A DNA stretch of 61,094 nt, counting the filler, from Sphacelaria rigidula (lineage: Eukaryota), in assembly GCA_964200075.2 (NCBI GenBank). It is 10 parts of 10 records of this genome, joined end to end, with 100 filler letters (N's around TTAATTAATTAA, not from the genome) between each part and the next. Parts side by side here need not be neighbours in the genome. Positions count along the whole stretch, not along the records: positions 36,719 to 42,737 come from CAXNAA020022754.1; positions 42,838 to 48,856 come from CAXNAA020022755.1; positions 48,957 to 54,975 come from CAXNAA020022756.1; 7 more parts are not named here. One strand, given 5' to 3'. The translations under genes and the position numbers were made by a program. The notes under the pieces were generated by a model that was not told the DNA's origin, did no database searches, and saw nothing but the letters and a program-made list of their open reading frames with translations. This document shows, piece by piece, positions 36,719-49,028 of the stretch (the stretch's first letter is position 1; each line of letters begins with the position of its first letter).

Positions 36719-39254
36719 CAGCTGTCCCGAAAACCAGTGTACAATGCCCACTGCACGGCAGGTACCAAACCCACCCAGGCGTTGGCATCGCGGCTTCCTC
36801 TCTGCATTATGACCTTCAAGGTACGAACAATGTCACGCACCATTCGCTCACATTCACAATGTGACAACCGCGAGTTGGCCACCACGAATCTGCGATCCAT
36901 CAGCGCCTTCTTGAGTACTCTCACCACACAATTCTCATATTGCGATACCGTATCGCTGACCCATCCCTCCTGCGGCCCCAGCTCTTCGCACCATGTCAAC
37001 ATATGCTTCACCGTCGTTGCCGCCGTATAAGACTCCGCGGGCTCCAACCGCACGAAGTCGCCCGGATCATCCATCCTTACCAATATGTACTTGAACCGAT
37101 CTCCTTTGTCCAAGCCATTATCTCCCAGCGGATCACCCTCGCCAACACTGAGAAAATTGAAATGAAAAACCTTCCCTGGGCTAACACCATGCACCACCCC
37201 CTTGTGGTGACGGGAAAGTCCCTCCCCCGCCTTGTATGCATTCATCCAGCGAACCCAGCACTTCTGGGGCGTTGCAACCGCCGCTCTCGCCCACTCTACC
37301 TGGTTGCTGTAAAGCGTCAATCGCGGTAATGACACGCCGACAGTCCGTAAAATCAGGCGTGTTCACACCTCGCATCGAAGAGTTTCTTACACGTGCACAG
37401 GCACCTAAGCTACTGTACACGTCAATGCCCAGCGCCTCCAGCGTAGGGCTCCCCATGATGATCACATCATCTGTACCCGGCATGACCGCATATGAACATG
37501 GGTCCAGCACAACCGATCCCCAGCTGGTGTGTAAAGCGATGCGGACAGGGCAAGTTTTCTGCTTCAAGCGCTCAACATTGCCATTTGCCAATTTCACCAA
37601 CTGTTCACCAGCCATCGATCTCACCACTTGGACATCTGGGACCATGGTTTTCAATTTCGCCGCCACACCAGCTGACATGGTCGCAAGTCCAGATCCTGAA
37701 TCTAAAATAGCCGTGACCGGACAAACACCCTTTGCCCCTACACTCGGGACAGACAAGTCGGCAAGACACCATCTTTCCTTGTGATCTACTTGCAGACCCT
37801 CAGATTGAAAACCTGACACCTCACCCGCTTTGAGCGATCTGCATGCTGGCACCGCCGCAGAGGTCGAACCCGTGAACGAGTGCGATGAGATTGTCTGCTG
37901 CACGCCACCAGTAGAAGCGACCGGTTCTGGTGGCAACGTCGCCCCCCCGCTGGGAGCACTTTGTCCATCGGCTGAAAAGACAGCCCTTGTAGGAGCGGGT
38001 CTCGTGCCCCCTCCGCGAGGCACCTGTCCAGGGCCCTGCGACAGCTGCTGTTGTTGCTGCTGCTTGTCGCCGGCCTTCGACTGCCCACCTGTAGTATGTT
38101 GTGGAGCATCAGCTTGGCTTTGCTGCTTACAATCCTTCACGAAGTGGCCCTTGTCTCCACATGAGAAACAACCTGCATAACTTGGGCCCGGTTTCCGAGA
38201 TTCCCTGGAATTGGCAGTCTCACTGTCAGCGGTCGCCGTTTTTCCACCATTCGGTTCGCGCTTGGATCAGGAGGTCCCGCTGCCACTCCTTTGTTTCAGC
38301 TGCGGCTGCTGACGGCGCTGCTTATCCGCCGCTTCCACCGTTTTCCATGCCTCCGCTGCTTCCCGAGCCGTGTTAAACACAAGCCCAGGGTCCTTCTTCC
38401 ACCCCCCCTTCATGTTCAACATGTTGAGGACTTTAGTTTTGAATTCGGGGGGGGGTCAGTCCATTCAACATTTCCCGAGTTATGATTTGAGCGGGTCCTG
38501 GTTTGAAATCTGCATCATCGCGGAACGCACGCTCAGCGCTAGTATTCTCCGCAAAAACTTCCTCCAGGGCACCCCACTGCCCTTCTACTCTTCCCATTGC
38601 AGTTTGCTCGTTGCGGGCCGCCAACGTTTTCCGCATACCAGCAGCAGCAACTGAAGGATCAATCTCTTCATCCTGCCAACATTTCGCGTGTCGGCCTTGT
38701 GTATCCTTGAGATCACCTTCGTCAAGCACGGATCTGTCAAAGATCGCGCGTGACAAACACGCACGGATGTGCTTCGGCACCAGTTCAGTAACAGTCAGTA
38801 AGACGGCCTGCATGCTACGTCCTTTGTTGTTCATTTTGACCGCTTCTTCATACTCGACGTATTTCTGATATAAACGTCGGGACGCATTTTCGCTAAAATG
38901 CCGTCCGTGTTCTGGGGCTTTCAGCGATCCTGCAGGCATAAGCTCAGTAAACTTAAACTTCACCTCTTCACCTGCATCGCCATCACCCACTTTCTTGCGC
39001 GTTGCCATAGCTGCACGCAACAGTTCCAGCCAACCTAGCCGTCTCTCCGTTGTCAGTGAGCTCCCTCACGTTACAGAGTGCACACTCCTGTGTACAAAGC
39101 TTTCGATAATTTCTCCGCAGCTGCCCACAGCTGAAAAACCTGTTCCAGAAACCAGCGGGTTCCTCTTAATAAACGTGTATTATAGAGCACTCCTGGACTC
39201 AGAACAAGGTCACAAGATTGCTCCAAGGGCTTCCTCCCTCACTAGAGCGTGACA
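36719..39254 (-). mobile_element. Ty3/gypsy deletion derivative (LTR-gag-protease-integrase; RT and RNase H absent)
   Basis: LTR-like TGTCA...TGACA at 39254-39051; gag from ATG 39008; CFSCGDKGHFVKDC knuckle; polyQ; protease ILDSGS; then directly integrase (FHFNFL, KYILVRMDD, WVSDT, CERMVR). Confidence 0.9.
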
Positions 39255-39395
39255 AGACAGTTGTTATTCATAAACACACAGCCTTCGTTATCGGAAGTAA
39301 CCACATGCGTGAAGCATGTGATGTTCAAATCCACATAGTCTGCCGATCAGACCCGTAAGTCCGTCAACCAATAGAAAACGCCTGCCTACAGCAGA

Positions 39396-41245
39396 TTATT
39401 CCACTTGTATATCATCATGAACCTGCATGTACGTGTACTGGAGGTGGACTACTCTACAATCCGAACACACGGAGTCGTCGTCCACCAGGTCTTCCACCAC
39501 GCCCATCACAATCGCCGCGTCATCCACAGTCGCCGCGTCCTCCACGGTCCTCTGACAGTCAATCAAATCGTGTCCTATCTTCCCGCACCTAGCGCAACAC
39601 CTATCTGGACAGTCTCTCGCCCGATGTGTGGTCATCTTGTGACAAACGTGGCACCTCCACGGCGTCGCAGCCCCCAACTTGCTCGTTGACGATAAAGCCG
39701 GCGACTGGTTGTTTTTGCCCTGCCCCCCATCACCTTCGCGGCCTGGGTTCTGGGTCTTTCCCGGTTTATCTTTCCGGTGTGAGCCGTTAGGTTTGCCGGC
39801 ATGGCCCTTGACAGTAACGGCCGGGTCGCCCGGGGAAGCCTTCTTCCCCTTGGCGAGTTCCTGCTTGAAAAGTGCCGATTCAAAACGTTTTCGAACCGAC
39901 GTCACTACGACTTCCCTCGTGAGCAGACCCTCGCGCTCCTCGAACGCTTGCTTTTGATAGTTATACTCGCAAGGAAGCGCATTGACAAATTTGAGGAGGG
40001 TTTGCGCCTCCGTCAGGATGATGTTAGTGTCGTGTGACTGTCACTCTCTCACCACCTCTTCCATCTCGAATAGGTTTTGAACGGGATCATCGCGAACTCC
40101 AATCTTCACGTGATCACATTTTTTTCTAGGAGAGCTAATCTAGCTCCGTTGGTCTTTTGGGGCTGTAGAAATCGTTCAACTCACGTCACACAGCTGCAGA
40201 GAGATGGAATTCAGAACAGAACATCCCGGTCCCGCTTATGTTCGAGACTCGCTACCAACATTTGCCTTGCTCTCACGTTTTGCAGCTACAGTGCCCATTC
40301 CGTGCCTTGCTTCAAGATAACTCAAGGGTAACGCCTTGTTCCCCACCTCCACATCGTATGCCCTATCTTCCGACATAGTAAACACCCAATCAACTGCTTC
40401 GCGCTTTGCAAACATGATTAGTTCGTGACTGTAGTGGTTGAACTCTGAACTCTTCCCAGAGAACTTAGGTAGAGTTGCCTTGAAAACCGGGACCCCAGAA
40501 ATATTTTGGACACTTGGTCGATCGTGACCGAACACTGCGACGGACTCACTTGCGGGGTCTGCACCCCTTGCTCCGTCGCTTGCTGTCCTGTGGTCGCTCC
40601 CGCTCGGAGCTCCCTGCTCGCCCTCGCGGCTACGTCTTCGGCCTTGAGGTGTGCTGTGAGTGGCTGAGCTGTCAGCCCGGTGTTGTTGTGTTGCTTGGTC
40701 TTCTTCGCTTTCGACGACGCCACTCCACCTCGCGTCTCCGGACTCTCGATCTTCGATGCCATCTACCCTACCCTGGATTACAGTCTGTGTAGATTGTACA
40801 TCTCTGACCATCTCGGTCAGGATGCTAAATTGACCACTGAACTGACTCATCATGTTTTCAAGTTGGTTTGTCAGTCCGTCTAATCTTTCTTCCGAAGACG
40901 GAGCGTTGCCATCGTTCCTAGCCATACTTGCCCAATCGATTGATCACTAGTGTATTCCTTGGCTCAGGCACAGGGTAATGGTTTTAGATCTTTTATCGAA
41001 GAGCACCCAAGTTCTACTGTAACTTGGGAGAGTGCTGATGAGATGGAGGGTAGCTGAGCGAGAGTGGGACACGGGGGGGCAGGCTGCTCCTCCGCTCTGC
41101 CGCACTGTACCACATTTGCATACACTTGACTGTCGGTACTCGTACGTCACCCCGATCCCCGGTTCTACGGAGATCCAGCATTACTGGGTATCTGAATCAC
41201 TTGAACATCTCGTAGCTCGTGGTTGTATGCTGTCCACTTAGTACA
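39396..41245 (-). mobile_element. gag: Ty1/copia-like element 5' half (LTR, PBS-like site, gag with two zinc knuckles)
   Basis: ORF from ATG ~40925 (MARNDG...LPKFSG), gag-like KFVNALP..Y...VRKRFE, knuckles CHVCHKMTTHRARDC and CARCGKIGHDLIDC. LTR end ...TACA at 40951 followed by C-TAGTGATCAATCG. LTR start uncertain. Confidence 0.75.
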
Positions 41246-41366
41246 CTGTACTGTACGCTACACACGCGGCCATTCGGCTACCCCCTTAAAATCCTTTAAG
41301 AGCTGGTTCAGATTGAACGCCCAAAATTCATTCCCCGGGATTTCCTCACGCCGTGTTTTCGAGTTA

Positions 41367-41832
41367 GGCCGGATGTTATGGCAAACAGATTGTTGGCCCA
41401 CGGATTGTTCACCTTGGGGACATTTGACCCCCAAACAGGGAAAGTCGCCAAGACACGTCTTGGACACTTTGCATCACCCCACAGAGAGGAGCCTAACCCA
41501 CTTTTCAGTTCGCTTGGCTCCAAGGGTGAGATTGCCCGCTGAACAAAAATTCGTGTGCGAAAATACGTGCTTGTCAACCCCCGCCAGTTTGCCCAATATT
41601 CTGTGGAGATCGCCGTAGATTTTGTTGCACACAGATTTTTGTTCAGCGGCCAATCTCGAAACCTTGGAGCCAAGCGAATCTGAAAAGTGGGCTAGGCTCC
41701 TCTCTATGGGGTGATGCAAAGTGTCCAAGACGTATGTTGGCGATTTTCCCTGTTTGGGGGTCAAAAAGTGGCTCAAACGCCATAAAAGTGAACAATCCGT
41801 GGGCCAAAATCTGTGTGCCACAACATCCGGCC
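41367..41832. mobile_element. PIF/Harbinger (Tourist-like) foldback MITE, 466 bp
   Basis: Nearly full-length inverted repeat from GGCCGGATGTT to AACATCCGGCC, with TTA TSD on both sides. Confidence 0.9.
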
Positions 41833-42965
41833 TTAGACCACGAAAATTTGCACCCATGTTTTTGAGGGCACTATCTAAAACTCGAAGACCGTTTTATTTA
41901 TTTATTTTGTTGGTGTCGAGATAGTCGGGATCTGACCCCTCCCCCGGTCAAGTAGGTCAACCGCGACCTCGGATAAAATGCCACCAACAATTTTCTCCAA
42001 AAACCCTGGTCTTCGGGTTTTAGTGCCCTCCAGAACATGTGTGCAAATGTTTGTGGTCTCACTCGAAAAAACGGCGTGAGGAAATGCCAAAACGTGCGCT
42101 GAAGCATAAACAAGTATGTAATTACTTGATTAAAGTAAAGAATCGGCCTTTTGGGGGGTTGTTCTCACGGTGAAAGACATAGCCGATTCAGTTTTTCGAG
42201 TTGAGCAACAAAAATTGGTACACATGTTTCTTGGGATACCACCTAACGCTAAGATGTCAAAATTGTGGAGTTGGGGCATTCTGTACCGGTTTCCTGGGGT
42301 CTTTATGCTGGGATCCCCGGAAGCCGGTACAGAACGGAGAAACTTTGAAATCTTTCCAAGAATATAATTTTTACATTTGGAGCTTCAATACCTACGGAAC
42401 TGCCAAGCTTGAGGATGATCTGAGCTTTTCTCCAACAGATGAAGAGGGAAGCGTCTCGAGGCTCCGTGGGTCTTTCGTACGTATCATGAGTGGAAATTAG
42501 ACGACGCCATAGCTCCATATCACCGAAACATTGCGGTTTTGGGCAAAATTCGACCCCGTTGGAACCGTTTTCTAATGTGTTCCTCCCGTTAGATTCCGAA
42601 GCTGACGACGGTTACTACGATTTGAACCATGTGGAGATTCGGTGGAAATTGGGCTTGGAATTCGTGTTTTTCAGTTTCCGAACAATTTGAAGGGCGCTGA
42701 TTGTTCGAGACATATTTTTGTCCATAGCGCCACCGCTNNNNNNNNNNNNNNNNNNNNNNNNNNNNNNNNNNNNNNNNNNNNTTAATTAATTAANNNNNNN
42801 NNNNNNNNNNNNNNNNNNNNNNNNNNNNNNNNNNNNNGCAAAAGTTGCGTGTATACGTCTTGGACTAGCGATTAACTTTTTTTTCCCTTTTTGGCAATCA
42901 GGCCGAAGAAATCATGAATTTGGTGCTTTTGAGTCGTGATGATTTGTCCTAACCGTGCTATCTTC

Positions 42966-43220
42966 CACACGTGAGACAGCTCATGAGATGCCTAAGTTAC
43001 TAATCGAAGAAGACTCTCAGAGCCCTTGTCCATGAACACAAAGTACATGACAGCGGGGTCTGAGAAGGAAAAACACTACCTTCACGCTGCTCCGCGTGCT
43101 CGGCGTCCAGCGCTGTAGGGAACAAATATGGAAAAACGGGCTGAATGAGCTAGCTCATGATCGGCATCAGTACACCTAAAGAAGTAACACCCGGGTAGCT
43201 CATGAGCTGTCTGACGTGTG
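42966..43220. mobile_element. hAT-like MITE (255 bp)
   Basis: TIR CACACGT(G/C)AGACAGCTCATGAG; 8-bp TSD CTATCTTC / CTGTCTTC (one mismatch). Confidence 0.85.
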
Positions 43221-43555
43221 CTGTCTTCCATCTATCGCTGCAGTGGGATCTCCCATGATAGTGCTGTGTGCCGTCAACTTGGCATAATCGTATTGCGTCG
43301 GTGTAGTGCACTTCCTTGAAAATGCTCAAGCGAGTGAGACTTGTGGTAATGTAAATGATTGTGACCGCATTGGAGTTTGGGTGGTAGTCCATTTCTGTGT
43401 TGTTCGCCTGTTGTTTTCACTTTTATGTCACGTTTCTTTGTTCTTCCCGTTGATAATCGTTGACTAAACTGTGCCGTCGTTGATCCATTTTTTCGTGTCT
43501 TGTTTGACCGTTTTATGGTGTTTTGTGTCGGGTTTTTTTCTCTTCATTTTCGTAG

Positions 43556-43628
43556 CAAGAAAACAGAGCGCAACTCTGATATCACCAAGCTTGGCTGCCT
43601 GGATAGCTTTAGATGGGACATCAATGAG
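43556..43628 (+). CDS. Candidate upstream exon of MSS51/ZMYND15-like gene (GC donor)
   Basis: Strong pyrimidine tract plus TAG acceptor; open KKTERNSDITKLGCLDSFRWDINE; donor GAG/GCAAGT; phase 0 matches the exon at 46031. Confidence 0.45.
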
Positions 43629-46030
43629 GCAAGTGCTGTATGATCTCTAATGATTGTTGGGGTCATTTTCCATAGTGGGTGGTGGTGGTGGTGGTAGTGG
43701 TGGTGGTGTCAAATGCTGTTGCTAGTCACTATTTAATGCCATGCACTGTCCTTATTTTTGTACATATCACTCAAGCATGAAACGCCTGTAGTACGCGGTG
43801 GTCAGCATGAAATTGAAAATCTCCCTGCTTGATTTTTCGCCAGATTGTACTCCACTGTTGAAGGTCACTAGCTAAAGTTGTGAACTGGCTGCCAGTTGAA
43901 CTGATCGGTTTTGTAACCAGTTGGAGCAGTCATTTCACCCGATATATATGTCATACTCCACAGTGTTCTATGTACATATTTGTCATACTCAAGTAATAAT
44001 TTCTGAAGTATTGTCGTACTACAATGGCCGTGGGAACGCCTTTCACAGAGGCGAGTGCATAACCGCACAGCGCACACACCTAGACGTGAACACGAATATC
44101 GCAGACAATGTATTATAATATTAAAAAAATAGACATTGGGCACGGACAGTGGTTGATCGAGCGGATCTAAAATGTGAAGCAAGACTGCGTTTCGTAGCGT
44201 TGTTCCGTGTGCTTTGCTTTTTTCTTTCGGCATCAAGCGTTGAGCGCTCAGTGGTGACTGGTCAATATGATACCGAAGCATGAGGAAGAGTCGAGATTTC
44301 TGGTGAATTTTCCTGGCTGAAGAATTCACACTCAGTACCGTTACCAAGCTGTCGCGCTACAGTAGTTCCCGGCGCTTGGGTGGTACACGCGGAACGCAAT
44401 GTATGCTGCACTACTGTCTCACCGTTCCGTTTTTTTAATTCACGTCGCAAAGTTCAGTGATATTCCCTTCTCCCTTATACATATATATATATATATATGT
44501 GTGTGCACCGATTAAGTGCTCGAATTGCTGGCGCTAGGCGGCTAGAATTTACCGCGATTTCGAAGAGATGTGAAGCCAAATGATGTACTTTTCTTGCCTC
44601 TGGCGGGGCGCCCTCACCAGCCGAGAGGGGCCGTTTACGCGACTCCGCCGTGCTGCCTTACCAGGCAATGCTGGCAGAGTCGCAGGGTGGCTTCGCCGCC
44701 AGTTATCGAGTTTTAACTGATAACTGTGACTTGTTGTACTATTTTGCAACCAGTTAACTGATTGGCCAAACTAGTTCACAACTCTTTCATTAGCTGTTGC
44801 GGTCAGGCTTCGTTGTTGTTCTGGCCGTGTCGAGCGTTTAATTATCGCTGTTTAATCTTGCTTCTGTACCGTGTCGCCCAAACGTAAAAACACCTTTCCT
44901 GGATACCGTAATGCTTGTTTTTTTCATCACACGTGCAGCTCCTACACAAGTGCCAAACACGCGTGTGCGCACAAGTAACGCAGGACGTCTGATCCCTTGT
45001 AGACACCGGACCTTAGAACAACCGACTATACATTGGGGAGATTTTGCTGGGCTTGTTGGAATTTTCGTTCCTGTTGCGGCTCGCGCAGGAAGCGACGGGT
45101 GCTCAATGTGGTGACACCGTGTAATTTTCGGACTGGAGAGTGAAGGCAAGGGCTGACCGTGTACACTTGATTCATTTGATTGATTGTCGTACTTTAACTG
45201 ACCCCCCCAGGGGTCCAGCCGTGGTCTCATGATAGCCGTGCCAAAAAATAAGGAAACTCAAACACGCCCTGAAGAAAAGACGGAACATGAAAGAAAAAGT
45301 CTAGCAGAACGACAGAACATAACAAAAAAAAGTAAAACACTGGAAGGAGCAAAACGTTGAGATGCTGTTGACAGGGGCTCTACGGCATGTTGTTGATGTA
45401 TAAAGGATGCGATCGGCCACTCGCTGCGCAGTCCATGAATGATTACATCAGATGATGAAAAATCGGACTGTAACTCTCCCGGCGTATGATGTAAATAAGA
45501 CTGTACACCAGGTGTTTCTGTCAGGGCGCCGCGCTCTCGCTATTATGATGTTTCTTGTTTTTCTGTACATTTAGGTATAATATACGGATCTGTGTCCGAT
45601 CGTGGTATAGGTCACTTGCGTTTCCAACTATTTTTCCAGTCTCATAAGAACATACTGTTTGAATGACTGCACTAAGCAGTGATTCGGAAATGCCTTATTT
45701 TCACGGGCAGTTACTCGTTGGTGGTTTCGCACGAGGGATATGATATTAAATCACAAGAGAGTTTTGAAAATTAGTATCAACTAGACTCAATTGCTCAATA
45801 AGCACTTGTATCCCTTATAAACAGCAGTAGTGAAGGTACTAGAAAGGCGAGCCTACGTCTGTGACCAAGGACTTCGAAAATAGTAATAACAAAAGTAACA
45901 AAAATAACAGTACTTATTAATTTTTCTTACAAAACTCGCAGTGTACCAAACCGATCGACACACTACCGTTGTGTGGGTCTCTGTGTGCCCCGTCTTCGCC
46001 CCCCTCTCTTTCCCCCCCGGGTTTCCGCAG

Positions 46031-46227
46031 AAATTTCCCGAGCTTCCCGAGATGTTAGGAGAGGACATGATGGGTACCACTGAACAAAATTGGATGAGGG
46101 GTCTCGGCAGCGTGATGAGAGGGCACATCCTCAACCCAATAACAGACAAGTCAGAAGCGCGCCTGGGATCGAAACTTGACGGCCTGCAGGCGCCCATCAA
46201 AGGGTGGCAAAACTACTTTCGGTGGAG
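46031..46227 (+). CDS. MSS51/ZMYND15-like protein, internal exon
   Basis: TTTCCGCAG acceptor, open frame ending GWQNYFRW-R, AG/GTGCGC donor (phase 2) compatible with the exon at 48070. Confidence 0.7.
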
Positions 46228-46236
46228 GTGCGCGTT

Positions 46237-46238
<2 letters not shown>

Positions 46239-46292
<54 letters not shown>
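46239..46292. repeat. (TG)n microsatellite
   Basis: Directly visible, just inside the intron. Confidence 0.95.
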
Positions 46293-46293
<1 letters not shown>

Positions 46294-48069
46294 CTTCCTG
46301 CATATGCCTCCCCGCCGTGATCGAGTATCTTGTCTCATAAATCCGTTTCTCTTTTCCGTGATTTATCTAACAAGGCTTATGGCTTAATAGTTTCCAACGC
46401 CAATGACGTGTCTCCCCCAAGTTACATTTTCGACTTTAGTTCGCGGTACTACTGTAATTAATGGTTTCCCGTTCAGCTGCAGCGTAAGGTGGCGTGAGTG
46501 CGTGCGTGCGCACTTGGGGGCGTTGTCGCACCCTTGTCTTTTTGTCTCCGCTGAGGTACGTCTGAAGTGCTTCCTTGCGCTATTTTTCACGTGAGATACG
46601 AGGAAGTGGCTTCTTTGCTCTCCCCACGACGAGTTAACGGAGGTGCGTGTCCCTCAACCCTTGACCGAAATCCCATGGTTGAGACGTCCTTGCGTTTGTC
46701 CAGCTGTAACCCTTACCCGTTCTCCAACCCAAGGCATACCGAGAACCCTTGGGAAAGGGGGATGCAGAGGGTGCTCCTACAGGCCAATGTGAAGTGGTGG
46801 GAGCTCTAAATTGGCGCCCGCGGCGCTGATTCATTCAAGAAAAAATGTGTGCAATGCACTCTGACGAGCGCTTGGGGACGGCCAATCCCATGTTTTAGCC
46901 ACGGATTTTGGCGAAGGGTCAGGGTAGACGCCACCCGCTCGACGTGTCAGTCTTGGACGGACAAACGTGTCCTCTTGCGATTTGTTGAACTCATCAGTCT
47001 CTTGTGTCTGTTGGTTACTTCGGGTTTTAGTACGTCGATTTTCCCCCCCAAGTGCTTCCATTCCGTGCGGGGTACTTCGACCCCGTATTCCTTCTTTTTT
47101 ATTTATTCATGAAAGAAGTCTTCGATTATATATTTCCCGTGTTTATAGTTTGGCCCGTCCTGTTTTCAGCATAGTATACAGGGAAAATTAAAAGGCGACG
47201 ATGGTGACATGACTTTTTTTGCTCATTTTTCCTTCTTGTTCTTGGACGGGCGTAGTAAGGGCTGTGGTATTCATTCACCCACCAACTATGCGCAGTTAAT
47301 GATGGTTTTCAATACGTGAATTCAGAACACTTAATTATATCCTGGACTCTTTTTCACTCATCACCTTGGGTTACTTTTTCTAGTTGCGCAGCCGTTGTAC
47401 ATGTGCGGTAGTAGTATGGTTTTGGCAAGAACCTTTTTGCTCGGATATAGAATGGCGTCCCCCGTCAGTTGAATCCCACTCGTTTTTTCCCCTTCGTTCC
47501 TATTATTTCCCGTATTTTCTACCTGAGTTTCCATCAACGAGTGTCTGCCTGTCGAGTGAGAGCGACTGGCTTTACCTCCTGTAGCCCAAATGCTCGTCTG
47601 CGGCACCGGATCTTCTGGGGTCATCACTATATTTCTCTTGTATCGCGTTCGTGTTGATATTTCTGGGTCCTACTTGAGTGTTATTTGATTTCCTTTTAAC
47701 TTGTTTTGGCGAGATATCTCGTGACCACGGGAAACATCCGCATCAGATGTCTAGTACAGAAGTTGAAAGGTACTGCGCAGAGACCGGAACGGTGTCCAAG
47801 GCGAACACATCAACGACAAAAACAACAAAAACAGTGTCTCCGTCTTTGTCACCTCACGTGGCATGCCTCTATCTGGTGACCACGGCTGCATTTCTGGGGG
47901 AGGTGGACAAGACCGGTGAATGTGCGACAAGCAATCGATGCGTCACTCTTTGAACCCTCTTCACAGCGGATCGCTCGCTATGAGACAATCAATTAACTTA
48001 GTCAATCAACCAAATTGCTCCGTAAACGCCGTCCCTTTTGCATGAACCTGGTCCCCCATGGGTTGCAAG

Positions 48070-48301
48070 GTGCGGCGCGTTGACTTCCAAGCACAGGATG
48101 GAAGGTCACGCTAAAGCCGAGGAGCTGAGCAAGCAGGAGCTCTTGATGGACGGGCTGTCGTCACCGCTGACGGTGTGCACCCTATACCTACACAACCTCA
48201 TAAAGGTAGTGGGAAACGAATCCATCAAAGTTCGTTCGTGGATCAACACCAAGGCCCCGCTACATCTCGTCGTCATCGGGGCTTCTGCGGCGCATGAGGA
48301 G
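48070..48301 (+). CDS. MSS51/ZMYND15-like protein, internal exon
   Basis: LLMDGLSSPLTV...LHLVVIGASAAHEE after WxxYFxxR resembles the MSS51/ZMYND15 C-terminal pattern (W..YY..R, LS.PLT, IHVVGA...E). AAG acceptor and GAG/GTGCGG donor. Confidence 0.7.
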
Positions 48302-48640
48302 GTGCGGCGAAACGCGAGATGTTTCCTTCGTTCTGGTGTACTGAGACTGCAACATGTTGCTGGTCTTGACTCATGCTCAAAAACCTCTCAATTATGACTG
48401 GTGTTATATGCGTGACGATTTTTTCTACGTAGACGTTGTCTTCTCGACCAAAGATAACTCTTCCGATCCCCCTCCCCCCCCAGGGAAATGTGGAAAGTAA
48501 AACGAAGGTGGCATGAAATAGTTTGATGCACTCGACAGTAGCGAGAAAATAATGACTGTACCAGGAGATAAATGGTGGCCACAGACGGCGAAACAGCACG
48601 GGGATAAGATGCGTAAAATATTTCTGTGTTGTGTATAGTA

Positions 48641-48773
48641 TAAGCGTAATAAGCGCCGAAATGTTGGAGATGTCTCTGTGAGGAGTAGGAACGGTGCTCC
48701 GTCTCGCAGGGGATGCGTGGTCAATGGTCAAGCGACTCAGGCAAGAAACAAATGAGTACGCCCCCCCCCCCCC
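48641..48773 (+). mobile_element. Poly(C)-tailed LINE 3' end (longer copy)
   Basis: Reads KRNKRRNVGDVSVRSRNGAPSRRGCVVNGQATQARNK-stop, then GTACG and C13. Confidence 0.8.
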
Positions 48774-48956
48774 AAATATAACCGAAAAAACCGTTCATGT
48801 GGCAACCAACCCGGCGACTGGGCGGGAAAGGTACAATTAGTAATTTGCGTACATGANNNNNNNNNNNNNNNNNNNNNNNNNNNNNNNNNNNNNNNNNNNN
48901 TTAATTAATTAANNNNNNNNNNNNNNNNNNNNNNNNNNNNNNNNNNNNNNNNNNNN

Positions 48957-49028
48957 CTCTGTTACTTTTTTTATATGTGCATCCCAAGAACAGTTTTTTG
49001 AGATCTCTACGCCAAGGTATACATACTG
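48957..49028 (-). mobile_element. LINE reverse transcriptase fragment (5'-truncated)
   Basis: QYVYLGVEISKNCSWDAHIKKV is the YLG/thumb region of non-LTR RTs. It starts immediately after a C-tract on its coding strand. Confidence 0.75.

Noticed and set aside
48641..49028. LINE tail and LINE RT fragment being parts of one insertion
   Set aside because: They are on different contigs and opposite strands across an artificial linker.
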